A DNA stretch of 64,000 bases from Deltaproteobacteria bacterium (lineage in GTDB: Bacteria > Bdellovibrionota_B > Oligoflexia > Oligoflexales > Bog-1112), in NCBI GenBank assembly GCA_016186945.1, contig JACPKR010000038.1, positions 15,472 to 79,471 on the forward strand, read 5' to 3'. The position numbers and the translations under genes are program-made. The notes under the pieces are model-generated. The model was not told the DNA's origin, did not search any database, and worked only from the letters and a program-made list of their open reading frames with translations. This document shows positions 27,845-37,703 of the stretch, one piece after another. How positions within the stretch are numbered: position 1 is the first letter of the stretch; every line of letters starts with the position of its first letter.

Positions 27845-28754
27845 AAGACACTTTCGGGTTCATGAATGCATACGCGATATCGACGATCAAATTCATAAGA
27901 ACAATGAAAACCGCAAGGAACAAGACGCACCCAAGCACGAGTGTGTAGTCTCGATTCAGGGCTGACTGAACGAAAAAACGTCCCAGCCCAGGGACACTGA
28001 AGATGGTCTCCACAACCAGGGAACCGGTCAGCATTGCCGCAACGGCAGGACCGAGGAAACTTACAGTCGACAGCAGCCCACCTTTTAAAGTATGGCGCAG
28101 CATAATCAACCAACCTGGAAGTCCTTTTGCCTTCGCCGTCCTTATGAAGTCCTGATGCACCATATCGAGAATCCCCGCACGAGAGAGACGAGCGAAGTAA
28201 GCTGCGTACATGGTACCCAGAGTCAGCGCGGGGAGAACCGCGTCTTTCGCCTCGGTCCATCCGGCGACATTAAACCACTCCAAGTTTATCGCAAAGACAA
28301 GCATAAACAAGGGACCGATCACAAAAGATGGGAGACTGATCCCAAGCATGGCAAAGGTCATGGGAAGAAAGTCCCGCTTGGTGTTGGGTTTGCTGGCCGC
28401 GAAAATCCCCGCACCAACACCGAGTATCAAGGCGTAAATCAAACCCAAAAGGCCGATCAACGCAGAAACAGGAAACGTCTCGGCAATGATTTCATTGACA
28501 GTCCTGCTTGGGTAGCGAAACGAGGGGCCCAGGTCACCCTGGAGTAACATGCCCATGTAACGCAGGTACTGCGCAGCAAGTGGTTCATCGAGGTGATACT
28601 TTGCTTCCAGGTTTTTCAAAATTTCTTCGGGAACTTTCCGGTCAGTGTCAAACGGCCCGCCAGGAGTCATGCGCATTACGAAGAAGGTGAGGGTGGCAAC
28701 AATCCAGAGGACTGGGATAATGATCAGGAGCCGCTTCAGAATAAATTTCGTCAC
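27825..28754 (-). CDS. ABC transporter permease (OppB/DppB-like)
   Basis: Typical N-terminus ILKRLL..IPVLW...FF..R..PGGPF and an EAA loop (RTAKAKGLP). Confidence 0.8.
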   Translation of the reverse strand: MTKFILKRLLIIIPVLWIVATLTFFVMRMTPGGPFDTDRKVPEEILKNLEAKYHLDEPLAAQYLRYMGMLLQGDLGPSFRYPSRTVNEIIAETFPVSALIGLLGLIYALILGVGAGIFAASKPNTKRDFLPMTFAMLGISLPSFVIGPLFMLVFAINLEWFNVAGWTEAKDAVLPALTLGTMYAAYFARLSRAGILDMVHQDFIRTAKAKGLPGWLIMLRHTLKGGLLSTVSFLGPAVAAMLTGSLVVETIFSVPGLGRFFVQSALNRDYTLVLGCVLFLAVFIVLMNLIVDIAYAFMNPKVSYDSNGT

Positions 28755-28774
28755 CTACGTCCCCATTTGTTGTT

Positions 28775-30445
28775 TCACTTCTTAACGTCCACCAAAACAT
28801 AGTATTTGTATAATAGACGGTCCGTGATGTTGTCGTACCATTCCGTTATTTTCCCTTCCTCCAGCATGCGCACATCTTCCGATATCAGTTTCTGCTGGGT
28901 ATAGAAATAAATCGGGAGGATAGGCAGTTCAGTGAGGAGAAGGTCTTCCGCTTTTTGGAAGTAATCAAATCGTTTTGCCTGATCGAGAGTTTCTGCTGCC
29001 ATATCAATCATCTTGTCGTAGTCCTTATTGGACCAACCGGTCTTGTTATTGCCACCATTTGTTACGAACATGTCCAAAAATGTATTGGGATCAGGATAGT
29101 CACCCACCCAACCCGCTCGCGAGACGTTGAAGTTTCCCTTGTTTTCGGAATCAAGATAAACTTTCCACTCTTGATTGAATAGCTCCACTTCCACCCCTAG
29201 GTTTTTGTTCCACATCTGCTGGATGGCAATAGCGATTTGCTTATGCGCTTCGTTTGTGTTGTAAAGCAGTTCTATTTTCGGCATCGTCTTGGGATCTTCG
29301 TAACCCGCATCCTTAAGAAGTTTTTTCGCTTCGGCTATCGCCTCGGGCGTTACACTCACGGGCAGTGTGTGCTGGCCCTGGTAGAAGTAACCCGCCACCG
29401 TCGGAGTGAAAGAACCAGCTGGTAACTGCCCCCCGCGCGTTACGCGCTCGACAATTAGCTTCCTATCGACAGTGAGCGCAAGAGCACGGCGAACCCGTGG
29501 GTCATCCATCGGTTTCTTCCTGACATTAAAACGATAGAAGTACACGGCAAGGTTAGGAACATTTTTGTAGATCTGATATTGATTGGGGTTCTGTTTCATC
29601 TTGCTTTGATAGAAGGGAACTTTTAGTGTAGGCACTGTGGACGTCATATGCAAGTCCCCGGCTACGAACATCTTCTCCTCCGTATCAGTGTTTTCCACCG
29701 GATAGAAAATAACTTCGTTCATCATGACAGCTTCTTTGTCCCAGTAATGTTCGTTACGCGCCAGGTGTATATGACGATTAAGCTTCCACTCTTTCAACTT
29801 GAAAGGGCCATTGGAAACCAACTTGCCTTCTTTCGTCCACTCTTTGCCTTCCTTCTCAACAACGTGCGGAGGTACAGGGTAATACGTGTGAAATGAGGTA
29901 AGGCGTACAAAGAACGGGGTCGGGTTTTCCAAGCTTACCTGCAAGGTGTATTTATCGAGTGCCTTTATGCCAACTTGTGTGGGATCCTTAATTTTGCCAG
30001 CGTTGAAAGCCTCGCCATTCTTCACGTAAAAAAGTTGATAGGCATATTCTGACGCTGTCTTCGGCGACAAAGCACGGATCCACGAATAAACGAAGTCTTG
30101 TGCAGTAACTTCGACGCCGTCTGACCAGCGCGCATTTTTGCGCAGTTTGAAGGTATAAACTTTTCCATCTGCTGAGACAGACCAGGATTCAGCCACTCCC
30201 GGAATAGGATCAAGGGTTCGCGGTTGGTATGCCATCAAACCTTCGAAAAGGTTGTCAAGAATGTGCGACTCGGGCGTCCCTGTTACAGTCGCGGGATCAA
30301 GATCCTTCGGCTCGGTAGCGTTTCCGACTTTTATAAGCTGCTGCTTAGCAACCGTGTAGCTGCGGGCATCCGCTTCCCATAGCAGGAGAAACGACAAACT
30401 TACACTAAAGATCTTGAAAAAGTTCCCCATACCGAACCACCTCAC
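28775..30445 (-). CDS. ABC transporter substrate-binding protein, family 5 (OppA/DppA-like)
   Basis: Signal peptide plus SBP_bac_5 pattern (LFEGL, AESW, RFNV.KKP..D.RVRRA). The start may be the ATG at 30430. Confidence 0.8.
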   Translation of the reverse strand: MRWFGMGNFFKIFSVSLSFLLLWEADARSYTVAKQQLIKVGNATEPKDLDPATVTGTPESHILDNLFEGLMAYQPRTLDPIPGVAESWSVSADGKVYTFKLRKNARWSDGVEVTAQDFVYSWIRALSPKTASEYAYQLFYVKNGEAFNAGKIKDPTQVGIKALDKYTLQVSLENPTPFFVRLTSFHTYYPVPPHVVEKEGKEWTKEGKLVSNGPFKLKEWKLNRHIHLARNEHYWDKEAVMMNEVIFYPVENTDTEEKMFVAGDLHMTSTVPTLKVPFYQSKMKQNPNQYQIYKNVPNLAVYFYRFNVRKKPMDDPRVRRALALTVDRKLIVERVTRGGQLPAGSFTPTVAGYFYQGQHTLPVSVTPEAIAEAKKLLKDAGYEDPKTMPKIELLYNTNEAHKQIAIAIQQMWNKNLGVEVELFNQEWKVYLDSENKGNFNVSRAGWVGDYPDPNTFLDMFVTNGGNNKTGWSNKDYDKMIDMAAETLDQAKRFDYFQKAEDLLLTELPILPIYFYTQQKLISEDVRMLEEGKITEWYDNITDRLLYKYYVLVDVKK

Positions 30446-30519
30446 TCAACGATTTCTACTTATATGAATAACTTGATAAGCAGGCGAGAAGCAACCGGAA
30501 ATTAGCTACGTCAAAATCG

Positions 30520-30640
30520 CGTAGGACACTTGGGGCAAATAGGGAGAGGGGGGTTGGGGGGGCGAGTGAAGCGTCGCCTCCCCCGGATTTCTTGGAGGAA
30601 CCAGCTGCGCAGTTTCCTCCAAACCACATCAATGCATTAC
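30520..30640 (-). mobile_element. MITE-1 copy 8 (internally deleted), flanked by a 14-bp direct repeat
   Basis: CGTAGGACACTTGGGGCAAATAGGGAG...CCTCCAAACCACATCAATGCATTAC. CTACGTCAAAATCG occurs at 30506-30519 and 30641-30654. Confidence 0.75.
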
Positions 30641-30688
30641 CTACGTCAAAATCGAGCAAGGAAGGGACTTCCTTGCTCCTAATGTGGG

Positions 30689-33600
30689 TTATTGAACTTC
30701 GCTGTCAGGGTTTAGAGTAGCGCTGAATGAAGCTGTGAAGCCTCCATTCTCTGTTGACTCTTCAGACGAGCCTTCTGCACTTTCACCCTGGTCAACGTTA
30801 CGTGATCCTCGGCAAGTATCGACAAAGGACTGGCTATACACGCCTTTGATCACCGCATCGTCGCCACCGTTGGTGTAAGTAAGATTTTTCAGACGCTGCA
30901 CTTCGCCCCAGAAACAACCTTCTGATCCCATACCGCCTTCTTCTTTCTGGAGGCGAGAGTCTTCGACTATGAAGCTTGCCGTTGTGCCTTTTTCAGCAGC
31001 ACTGAGGTCGAGGTTCAATGCGCCCGCCATGCGTCTCTTCACAGGCCCGCGGATGGTGACACCGAACGTGAAGTCGTCGTTAGCATCCAAAATGGGCTGA
31101 TGAGAGAGGGACGAGTCGGGAAGACAACTTGACTTTGCTTCGATGGAACGAAGTTTTTGCTTGTAAGTGTCGTCGGTGCGGAACGCTTCACGACCCTTGA
31201 TTTCCGCGATGCGACGTGTCAGCTCGGCCAGGATGTGTTGCTTGGGAATCGACCCTGCACTCGCAGATTCAAACGCAGGAAGGCTGCAACTTGTGCCTCC
31301 ACCGCCCGGTCCACCGGGACCACCGATGAAGCGACATAGTTTCTCCGCAATGGAAGCTGGTACCGCTTGCCCGCAGGCTACGCCAGCAACAGCTAACCCC
31401 GTGAGAGTCCCAATGTCGAGAAGGCGGCACATGTCGTTCAGAAGCCAACCGAAGCGATCAGGATGATTGAGAGCAAGGTTTACCACCTTCACAGCCAGGC
31501 TTGGTAACTGAGTTGCCGCAAGCGTCGCGCGCTCTGAATCCGTTTTTGCAATGTCCAATGCTGTCAGTGTCGTTATCGACGTGTCGATGGATGTGAGATC
31601 GGATCGGAAAAGATGATCGCGGATGGCCCATCCAAAACCACGAACGACATCTTCAACCGCACGGCCGCTAGTATCGTTCTGCACGAAATTCAACTGACTC
31701 TTGATTTGTGTCGCTGTACAGCCAAACACAAAAGGTCCGCCAGCAACCGCTCCCGTTTCTCCCGTTTTTGCGGTAAGCGCTCGGAAGAAATCTAGGATAA
31801 GCCCTTGCTTGGCAGAAGCAGCTACAGTGGACTTCCACTGTGGCTCACCCGTGTCAAAGTCGAGGCTATTCTTAAATGTCGTGAAATAAGCTGCTGTCGT
31901 GACAATGCGTGAAAGGTCAAACTCATGAAGATCCTGACAAACCTGCTGGTTCATGTCAGCAATGCCAGTTGGCTCGGTGCTACCAGCGGGTGCGGACGGT
32001 CCTGTGATGCCAGATTTGTCTTGAAGCGCTTGTCTGAAGGACTTGGACAGCAAATCCTTCAACAAGTCACGACCGTTCGTCCATGTGAACGTAGTGCCTC
32101 CTTCGAACGGTTTAAAGCTGATCGCGCTACAATTCAGATCGCCGTCATCTTCAATGGCCTGGTCTACAAAGCGTGAACGCTCCCAGTTCCAGTCGGACCC
32201 TTGCCACTCCGATGCGAGAGCAGCCAAGGCTGCGTCTTTCACACCGTTGTCGCAGGTTTTGCTGAGGTCAGCAATTCCTGTCTCGGAAAGATCGAGGCCG
32301 ACGCTTGCAGCATAGTTAAATGCATCGCGTAGGCCCGAGGTACGATTTTCACCCCCTTGTTGGTGACGAGCCTCGCCCAGGGTGTTGAGAAACTCCTCAA
32401 CGATCCCCTGCTTTTGCCACAAGGATTCATCAACCTTACCCTCGACATGAGCCTGGCACTCGGCTATGAATTTCTTGCGCTCAGCATCCTGATTACCCGC
32501 TTTGAGAGCGTCTTTGTAGATGCTACACCACTCGGCAGGAGGGCCTTCTCCGGGTTGATTGAACATGCTTTCAAACTGTGCCAACTCTCCCGCAGGAACA
32601 CCGGCAGTGTTCGCGGTTGCTCCCGCGCCTACCTTGAAGGTGAATCCTTCACATTGCCGAACCCCGTTTTTGAACGCGACGGTAGCTTTTTTATATCCCG
32701 CGATCAGGTCGTCAACAATCCCGGCACAACCTGCGCCTTCTCCGTAAATTTGCTCCAGACCCTCCTTCAACTCTTCAACGTCTTCCCCCTGTTCTTCGGC
32801 CTGGCCGGCAAGGGCGACCTTGTAGTTTTCTACAGCGGCAGAAGGCATCCATGAATCGGTACCGTTGTTGTAAATCACGTTAAAGAGACTGTTGAAAGAG
32901 ACATCGTCCTGGGTAAAGGAGTAGGAACGGGTACCGTCTGAAAGATGGTAGGTGACTGCTCCTGTGTTGCCACCTGGACGGCAGGCATTCATGGCATCTT
33001 CAGATCGCCACATTTCCAAGACTGGTAAGTCACCTGTAACGGCAGTCGTCAGATAATTGACAAAGAACTCCTCGGTGAATCCTTCACAGCCTTCAAAGTT
33101 ATGCTCGACGGCTTTGTCACCCTTTACAAAGTCGTTTCTCTCTTCTCGTCCCAATTCGACCATACAGAAACCATATCTCCCACTTGTAATGCTTAGGTTA
33201 GACACTTCAGATGGGATGAAGGTCCCCGTGTCTTCCACCACCACCTCTTCGTTTGTTGCAGATGTTTGTTCGATGGTAGAGACCGATACGGCACCGCTGC
33301 TTGGATCGAAGTTAAGAGCCAGGCTGACTTTGCTGGAATTTTTCCCGACTGCGAGTTGACTCGACGTCAATATCCCGACAATCGTGAGATTGTTCGGGTC
33401 GCTTCCCGTCAACACAAAGCAACCAAATGCTTTTTCTTTAAACCCATCGCAAGTAAGGTCAAAAGCACCGTTTACATCTAACTGATCGATACAGGCAGTT
33501 GCGCCCGTCAAGTCAAGCGTCACGCATTTCAACCAGTAGTCTGTGGGTGATACGCTTGTCGATGTCGATGTGCTTTGCGCCAACCTAAGAGAGGAGCTTG

Positions 33601-33772
33601 AAGACGATGATGTAAAATTCAAGGCTCCCACTAAATTGACTGTCGTACTCTCCGCTGTGGCTGCGGAGCTCGTTGAATCCTCCGATTTTTTACCGCAACT
33701 CTGACTGAAAGCTGCCACCAACGCCAGACACACAAGAGCTTTCCAGACAGATACTGTCTTTGACGCCGTCAT
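30689..33772 (-). CDS. large hypothetical lipoprotein (1027 aa)
   Basis: Lipobox LVAAFSQSC, a Ser/Thr-rich N-terminal linker and an internal GGPGGPGGGG tract. No family recognised. Confidence 0.6.
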   Translation of the reverse strand: MTASKTVSVWKALVCLALVAAFSQSCGKKSEDSTSSAATAESTTVNLVGALNFTSSSSSSSLRLAQSTSTSTSVSPTDYWLKCVTLDLTGATACIDQLDVNGAFDLTCDGFKEKAFGCFVLTGSDPNNLTIVGILTSSQLAVGKNSSKVSLALNFDPSSGAVSVSTIEQTSATNEEVVVEDTGTFIPSEVSNLSITSGRYGFCMVELGREERNDFVKGDKAVEHNFEGCEGFTEEFFVNYLTTAVTGDLPVLEMWRSEDAMNACRPGGNTGAVTYHLSDGTRSYSFTQDDVSFNSLFNVIYNNGTDSWMPSAAVENYKVALAGQAEEQGEDVEELKEGLEQIYGEGAGCAGIVDDLIAGYKKATVAFKNGVRQCEGFTFKVGAGATANTAGVPAGELAQFESMFNQPGEGPPAEWCSIYKDALKAGNQDAERKKFIAECQAHVEGKVDESLWQKQGIVEEFLNTLGEARHQQGGENRTSGLRDAFNYAASVGLDLSETGIADLSKTCDNGVKDAALAALASEWQGSDWNWERSRFVDQAIEDDGDLNCSAISFKPFEGGTTFTWTNGRDLLKDLLSKSFRQALQDKSGITGPSAPAGSTEPTGIADMNQQVCQDLHEFDLSRIVTTAAYFTTFKNSLDFDTGEPQWKSTVAASAKQGLILDFFRALTAKTGETGAVAGGPFVFGCTATQIKSQLNFVQNDTSGRAVEDVVRGFGWAIRDHLFRSDLTSIDTSITTLTALDIAKTDSERATLAATQLPSLAVKVVNLALNHPDRFGWLLNDMCRLLDIGTLTGLAVAGVACGQAVPASIAEKLCRFIGGPGGPGGGGTSCSLPAFESASAGSIPKQHILAELTRRIAEIKGREAFRTDDTYKQKLRSIEAKSSCLPDSSLSHQPILDANDDFTFGVTIRGPVKRRMAGALNLDLSAAEKGTTASFIVEDSRLQKEEGGMGSEGCFWGEVQRLKNLTYTNGGDDAVIKGVYSQSFVDTCRGSRNVDQGESAEGSSEESTENGGFTASFSATLNPDSEVQ

Positions 33773-33911
33773 AAGCTCATCTCCTTTATAATGTAATCGA
33801 AAGCCCGTCGACCCTAGGACTCTTCAATGGGAAAAGCCTACCCACGCGACAGACTTCCCATGCATCGTCAGAGCTTGATAAAAATTGAGGGGAAAATATA
33901 AATTCTTTTAT

Positions 33912-35069
33912 TTACGGTAACTTGGAACTTAAGACTAGGCTCATGGCCTGCCCGCCAAAACCAGCTGAATTGACCATGACCGTTCTTATGGCTTTTGACC
34001 TGCCTGACTCTAACCAAGGGGCCTGGGGGGGTAAACTCTGCCTTTCAAGGATAAGCATTGCCAGCTCAAGGCTCAAAGCACCCGAAGCGCCGAAACAGTG
34101 CCCCATCTTCCATTTATTGTTGATGAGGATAGGAGGATGAGAAAAAACACTTTCCAAACTCTTCAACTCCGCAAGGTCTCCTTCTACAGTTCCAGGGGTG
34201 TGAGTGATGACAAGGTCCACAGCATCCAAGCCAGCTTCTGCCAAAGCCATCCTCATGCTTTGTTTCAGTGCGACACCGTCCTTGCTCATTCCCGTGAGAG
34301 AGGGGGGAACTTCCTTCGCGTACCCTACGCCTTCCACGACAGCTTTGCTCTTCTCACTTGCTGCTTCCAGGCAAAAGCAGGCTGCTCCTTCTCCCAGAAC
34401 TAGCGAGTTCTCCCGTTTCGAAGGATCACCAGCCCGGCAAGGGAAGGGAGCGTCAAGCTTGCTATATAGATGTAGGGCTGACATTTGCGCGAAGGTAAAC
34501 GGTGTGAGAGGCGCCTCAGTTCCCCCGACCAGGAAGGCATCCAAGCGCCCAGACTCCAGCCAAGCGACACCATTCAGGAAAGCATGGAGAGCGGTCGAAC
34601 ACGTTGCCGAAAGTTCCACAGCAAATCCATCAACGGCCAGTGCATTCGCAACATTGCTGCTGAGATTGCCAAGGGTCGTCGTGGGCGAGCACGAGGGGGA
34701 CAGGGGAATGCCTGAAGCCAGGAACTGACCGAGGTATTGTTCCGTCAGGCGGCTTGCACCCCTTGCGGATCCTATACTTACCCCAAGTCGTATTTTTTCC
34801 TGCCAACCTGCATCCTTTCTTGCGTTCAGCGCCGCAAAGATCGCCATCTGAACAGAACGGTCGAGCTTGTGAAATTTCGAAATTTCCCGGCCCATGGTCA
34901 ACAATGCCGATTCAGCTTGTGGGGAAAGGCGAGCGAGACATTTTTCAAGGTCAGGGTCGTAGGAGATGAAGCTTCGGGGCGTATCGTAGGCAGCTTCGAT
35001 TTCCTCACGTGACCCACCTAGGGCAGAAATCGAACCGAAGCCTGTTATTCCTATTTTCAATTTGGACAT
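33912..35069 (-). CDS. beta-ketoacyl-ACP synthase (KAS I/II-like)
   Basis: Active-site Cys context LSATCSTALHA, His motifs ITHTPGT and MGHCFGASG, and a C-terminal NSAGFGG. Confidence 0.75.
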   Translation of the reverse strand: MSKLKIGITGFGSISALGGSREEIEAAYDTPRSFISYDPDLEKCLARLSPQAESALLTMGREISKFHKLDRSVQMAIFAALNARKDAGWQEKIRLGVSIGSARGASRLTEQYLGQFLASGIPLSPSCSPTTTLGNLSSNVANALAVDGFAVELSATCSTALHAFLNGVAWLESGRLDAFLVGGTEAPLTPFTFAQMSALHLYSKLDAPFPCRAGDPSKRENSLVLGEGAACFCLEAASEKSKAVVEGVGYAKEVPPSLTGMSKDGVALKQSMRMALAEAGLDAVDLVITHTPGTVEGDLAELKSLESVFSHPPILINNKWKMGHCFGASGALSLELAMLILERQSLPPQAPWLESGRSKAIRTVMVNSAGFGGQAMSLVLSSKLP

Positions 35070-35108
35070 GAGATCGTCTTACCAGAATGTTGGAAGCTGA
35101 GGCAGTAC

Positions 35109-35600
35109 TCAGTCCTTTCGGAGTCTGAGTTTAAGCCAACTCTTTTGAGGGTCTTGTAGCAGCAGTTCGACTTGTCCAGCAAGCTCGTAGTCACCCTTTA
35201 TTTCTGTAGTGACAGTCTTTTGCTCATCCCACTTGTCTTTAGCATGAAACTCAGTGACGACGGAGTAATTGATTGTTTTACTGTCCACCAAAGCAAGGAT
35301 CTCATCAGTTGGTATTTTCACAACGACAGGGACCGTCTGCGCTTTTTTAGGCCCCAGCGCGAAGCCGCTAAACTGCACCGGCTTTGCTTGCACCGCACCC
35401 AAACTTAGCTTGGCAGTTCCGTCTGTAACGTCGATGCGTACGTCATCAATGTTTTTTATGTCTAACGCGACATCGAAAAGGGAGTATTCCGTATCAATAT
35501 CCGCTAGTTGGATCTCCGCAACTTTCACTTCAGGATCGTCGAAACCCTTGGCGCAGAACGCAAGGGGCAGGACGAGTGTAATATAGAGCAAACATTTCAT
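35109..35600 (-). CDS. LEA14/WHy-like (LEA_2) lipoprotein
   Basis: Signal peptide with Cys (LPLAFC). A single ~120-aa beta-sandwich-like domain resembles LEA type-2/WHy proteins. Weak call. Confidence 0.4.
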   Translation of the reverse strand: MKCLLYITLVLPLAFCAKGFDDPEVKVAEIQLADIDTEYSLFDVALDIKNIDDVRIDVTDGTAKLSLGAVQAKPVQFSGFALGPKKAQTVPVVVKIPTDEILALVDSKTINYSVVTEFHAKDKWDEQKTVTTEIKGDYELAGQVELLLQDPQKSWLKLRLRKD

Positions 35601-35665
35601 GACGATCTCGTTTCACCAAGCCAACTCACTTTTCGGCGGGAGATCCCCAATTCATAAGGAAAATG

Positions 35666-36748
35666 TTACAAAAGGCCTTCGCAGTTCTCACATATGACGT
35701 TCTCCACGTCCTTTCCGGAAATGTAATCTGTGAACCATCTTAGAAAGGGCTGGCCCTTGCTCTGTTCCGAGTAGAATCGGTCAAAAGGCAAAATGCAGTG
35801 TTCTTCACCGGGAGACACGAAATGTCTATAGTTCGAGTTTTGCGCCGCTAATTTGCTCACGGATGCTCTGAGTTTTTCCGACCAGAGAGCAGGGTCCCCG
35901 CCCATAAGCTCGTAGAAGAAAGTTTGAACTCCATCATTGATGGAAGAATATTGTGAAAAGCTCACATCGGGGTAAAAATGTCCCGCAATGCGATACCATT
36001 CGTCCAAATGTATTTTCGTCACGTCCACACGATCAGGGTCTACATCGGGAATCCATCGTGGCATGAAAGTTTTGAAATTCCAACGCGGGTCAACCATTTT
36101 TTGAAAGTCTTCAGTAATGACCCCGTTACCGCTGTCGGCAAATTGTACAAGGGACGAGTGAGGAAACATCTTGCGCACATGGGGTGTCCAGTAGATGGAA
36201 CCATACGCACCCGCACTGCAACCGGTTACAAGAATTCTCTCGGGATCTTGCACACGCTCATGCAACCAAGTCAGGACAGCCTGTGCGTTGATGGCTCCTC
36301 TGTGCCGCACGGTGAATGTAGAACCATCATCCTTCGTGTACGTCGCATCGTTGGCACCCCAATGGATATCTCCTGTGCAGTAAGGGATGACGACATGATG
36401 CCAGTCTTTCGTAGGGTTTCGCTCATCCGTCTTGTCATAGAGTCCCTGCAACCCTTCTCTTTGAACCCTATCTCTCAATTCGTCCACTGTTTCAGTAAAG
36501 GTAGGAGAATCAGGTGAACATGTATCCTTGTTCCAACAGGCACCACCCCCAATGAAATCGACGACAACTTTGTTGACGGACCCGGAGTGTACAAAAAATG
36601 AAAATTCATCACCTCGTGCGCAGACGGTGTCCCCTCCCGGTTTTACTTCGCTCCACCCTACAGGAAACTCTGAAACCTTTTCAGCGCCGATCAATAGCTT
36701 GGGACTCAAGAAAAAATAAAGCACGGCACAACGAAGCACTGTTCTCAT
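35666..36748 (-). CDS. pectin acetylesterase (PAE/Notum-like) family esterase, secreted
   Basis: FIGGGACWNKDTC and the VTGCSAGAYGS serine motif, characteristic of the PAE family. Confidence 0.65.
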   Translation of the reverse strand: MRTVLRCAVLYFFLSPKLLIGAEKVSEFPVGWSEVKPGGDTVCARGDEFSFFVHSGSVNKVVVDFIGGGACWNKDTCSPDSPTFTETVDELRDRVQREGLQGLYDKTDERNPTKDWHHVVIPYCTGDIHWGANDATYTKDDGSTFTVRHRGAINAQAVLTWLHERVQDPERILVTGCSAGAYGSIYWTPHVRKMFPHSSLVQFADSGNGVITEDFQKMVDPRWNFKTFMPRWIPDVDPDRVDVTKIHLDEWYRIAGHFYPDVSFSQYSSINDGVQTFFYELMGGDPALWSEKLRASVSKLAAQNSNYRHFVSPGEEHCILPFDRFYSEQSKGQPFLRWFTDYISGKDVENVICENCEGLL

Positions 36749-36810
36749 ACATCACACTCCACGAAAAATTGTTTTTGAAATTTGGAATTGATTATAGGGA
36801 AAAAAATCGT

Positions 36811-36863
36811 TTGGGGCAAGGAGGAGGTTTGGAGGAAACTGCGCAGCTGGTTCCTCCAAGAAA
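36811..36863 (+). mobile_element. MITE-1 copy 9 (core only)
   Basis: TTGGGGCAAGGAGGAGGTTTGGAGGAAACTGCGCAGCTGGTTCCTCCAAGAAA. Confidence 0.8.
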
Positions 36864-36868
36864 CTGAC

Positions 36869-37606
36869 TCACTTAATATCCAAACTCATGGGAAGTCGCT
36901 GGCCCGAACGTTCAATCTCGACGTCCACTTTATCCGCAGTTTTAAGGGAGTTTAAAATACGGATTGTCGCCTGAACATTAGTGAGTTCTTCACCGTTGAT
37001 GGACTTGATGATGTCACCATTGACGAGTCCTGACTTTTGAAAGATGCTGTTTTGCTCGATTTCCCAAAGTTGGAAACCTATGACATTTCCGTTTGCGTCC
37101 ACGACAACTTCATGAGCGGCTTCCATCATGATCGTGGGAAGATCCTTAATGACTTTTTTTCTAAATTCCTCACTGATGGTAATCTTACCCTTATCCCTTT
37201 CAAACCCTTCCTCTTTATACGTGCCTGAAAATCCTACGGGGGCTAGCTTCCTTTCGACTGGTCGGGCCGCTACAGGAACGAATCCTTCCTTGTAATACCT
37301 GCGGATCTCCTGATTGAGCAGAAGATCGACGGCGTTTTCATGGATGGCAAACAAGATATAGTCCTTTTCAAGAGAAAGCGTATTGCCTGCTTTGAGCGCC
37401 TGCGTTTTGCTCGTCTTCATATTTTTGACGAGGACTGTAGAATTGTTAGGTTTAGCGCGATCGACAATGACGCCGAGAATTTCCAGTTGAAGGGACGACG
37501 CGGAGAGGTGTTCCAATATCTGTTGAGAGGCGAGATGCAAAGGAACTATGATCAATCCGAGAAGAAACGACACGCTGAATTGGTGAAACGCTTTCAATGT
37601 TGGCAT
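36869..37606 (-). CDS. PDZ-domain protein (GspC-like)
   Basis: ATG at 37606 with an AAGGA RBS gives an N-terminal TM segment. C-terminal PDZ domain (SGLVNGDIIKSINGEEL). Confidence 0.5.
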   Translation of the reverse strand: MPTLKAFHQFSVSFLLGLIIVPLHLASQQILEHLSASSLQLEILGVIVDRAKPNNSTVLVKNMKTSKTQALKAGNTLSLEKDYILFAIHENAVDLLLNQEIRRYYKEGFVPVAARPVERKLAPVGFSGTYKEEGFERDKGKITISEEFRKKVIKDLPTIMMEAAHEVVVDANGNVIGFQLWEIEQNSIFQKSGLVNGDIIKSINGEELTNVQATIRILNSLKTADKVDVEIERSGQRLPMSLDIK

Positions 37607-37703
37607 ATTCCCATCCTTTGTCAGAATATCGGTGTTTCTACTCTCTTTTTTAAGTAAAGTTGCTGCCTCAGATTTCCAAAAGCAGCAGAAAGGGAAGTTA
37701 TCC

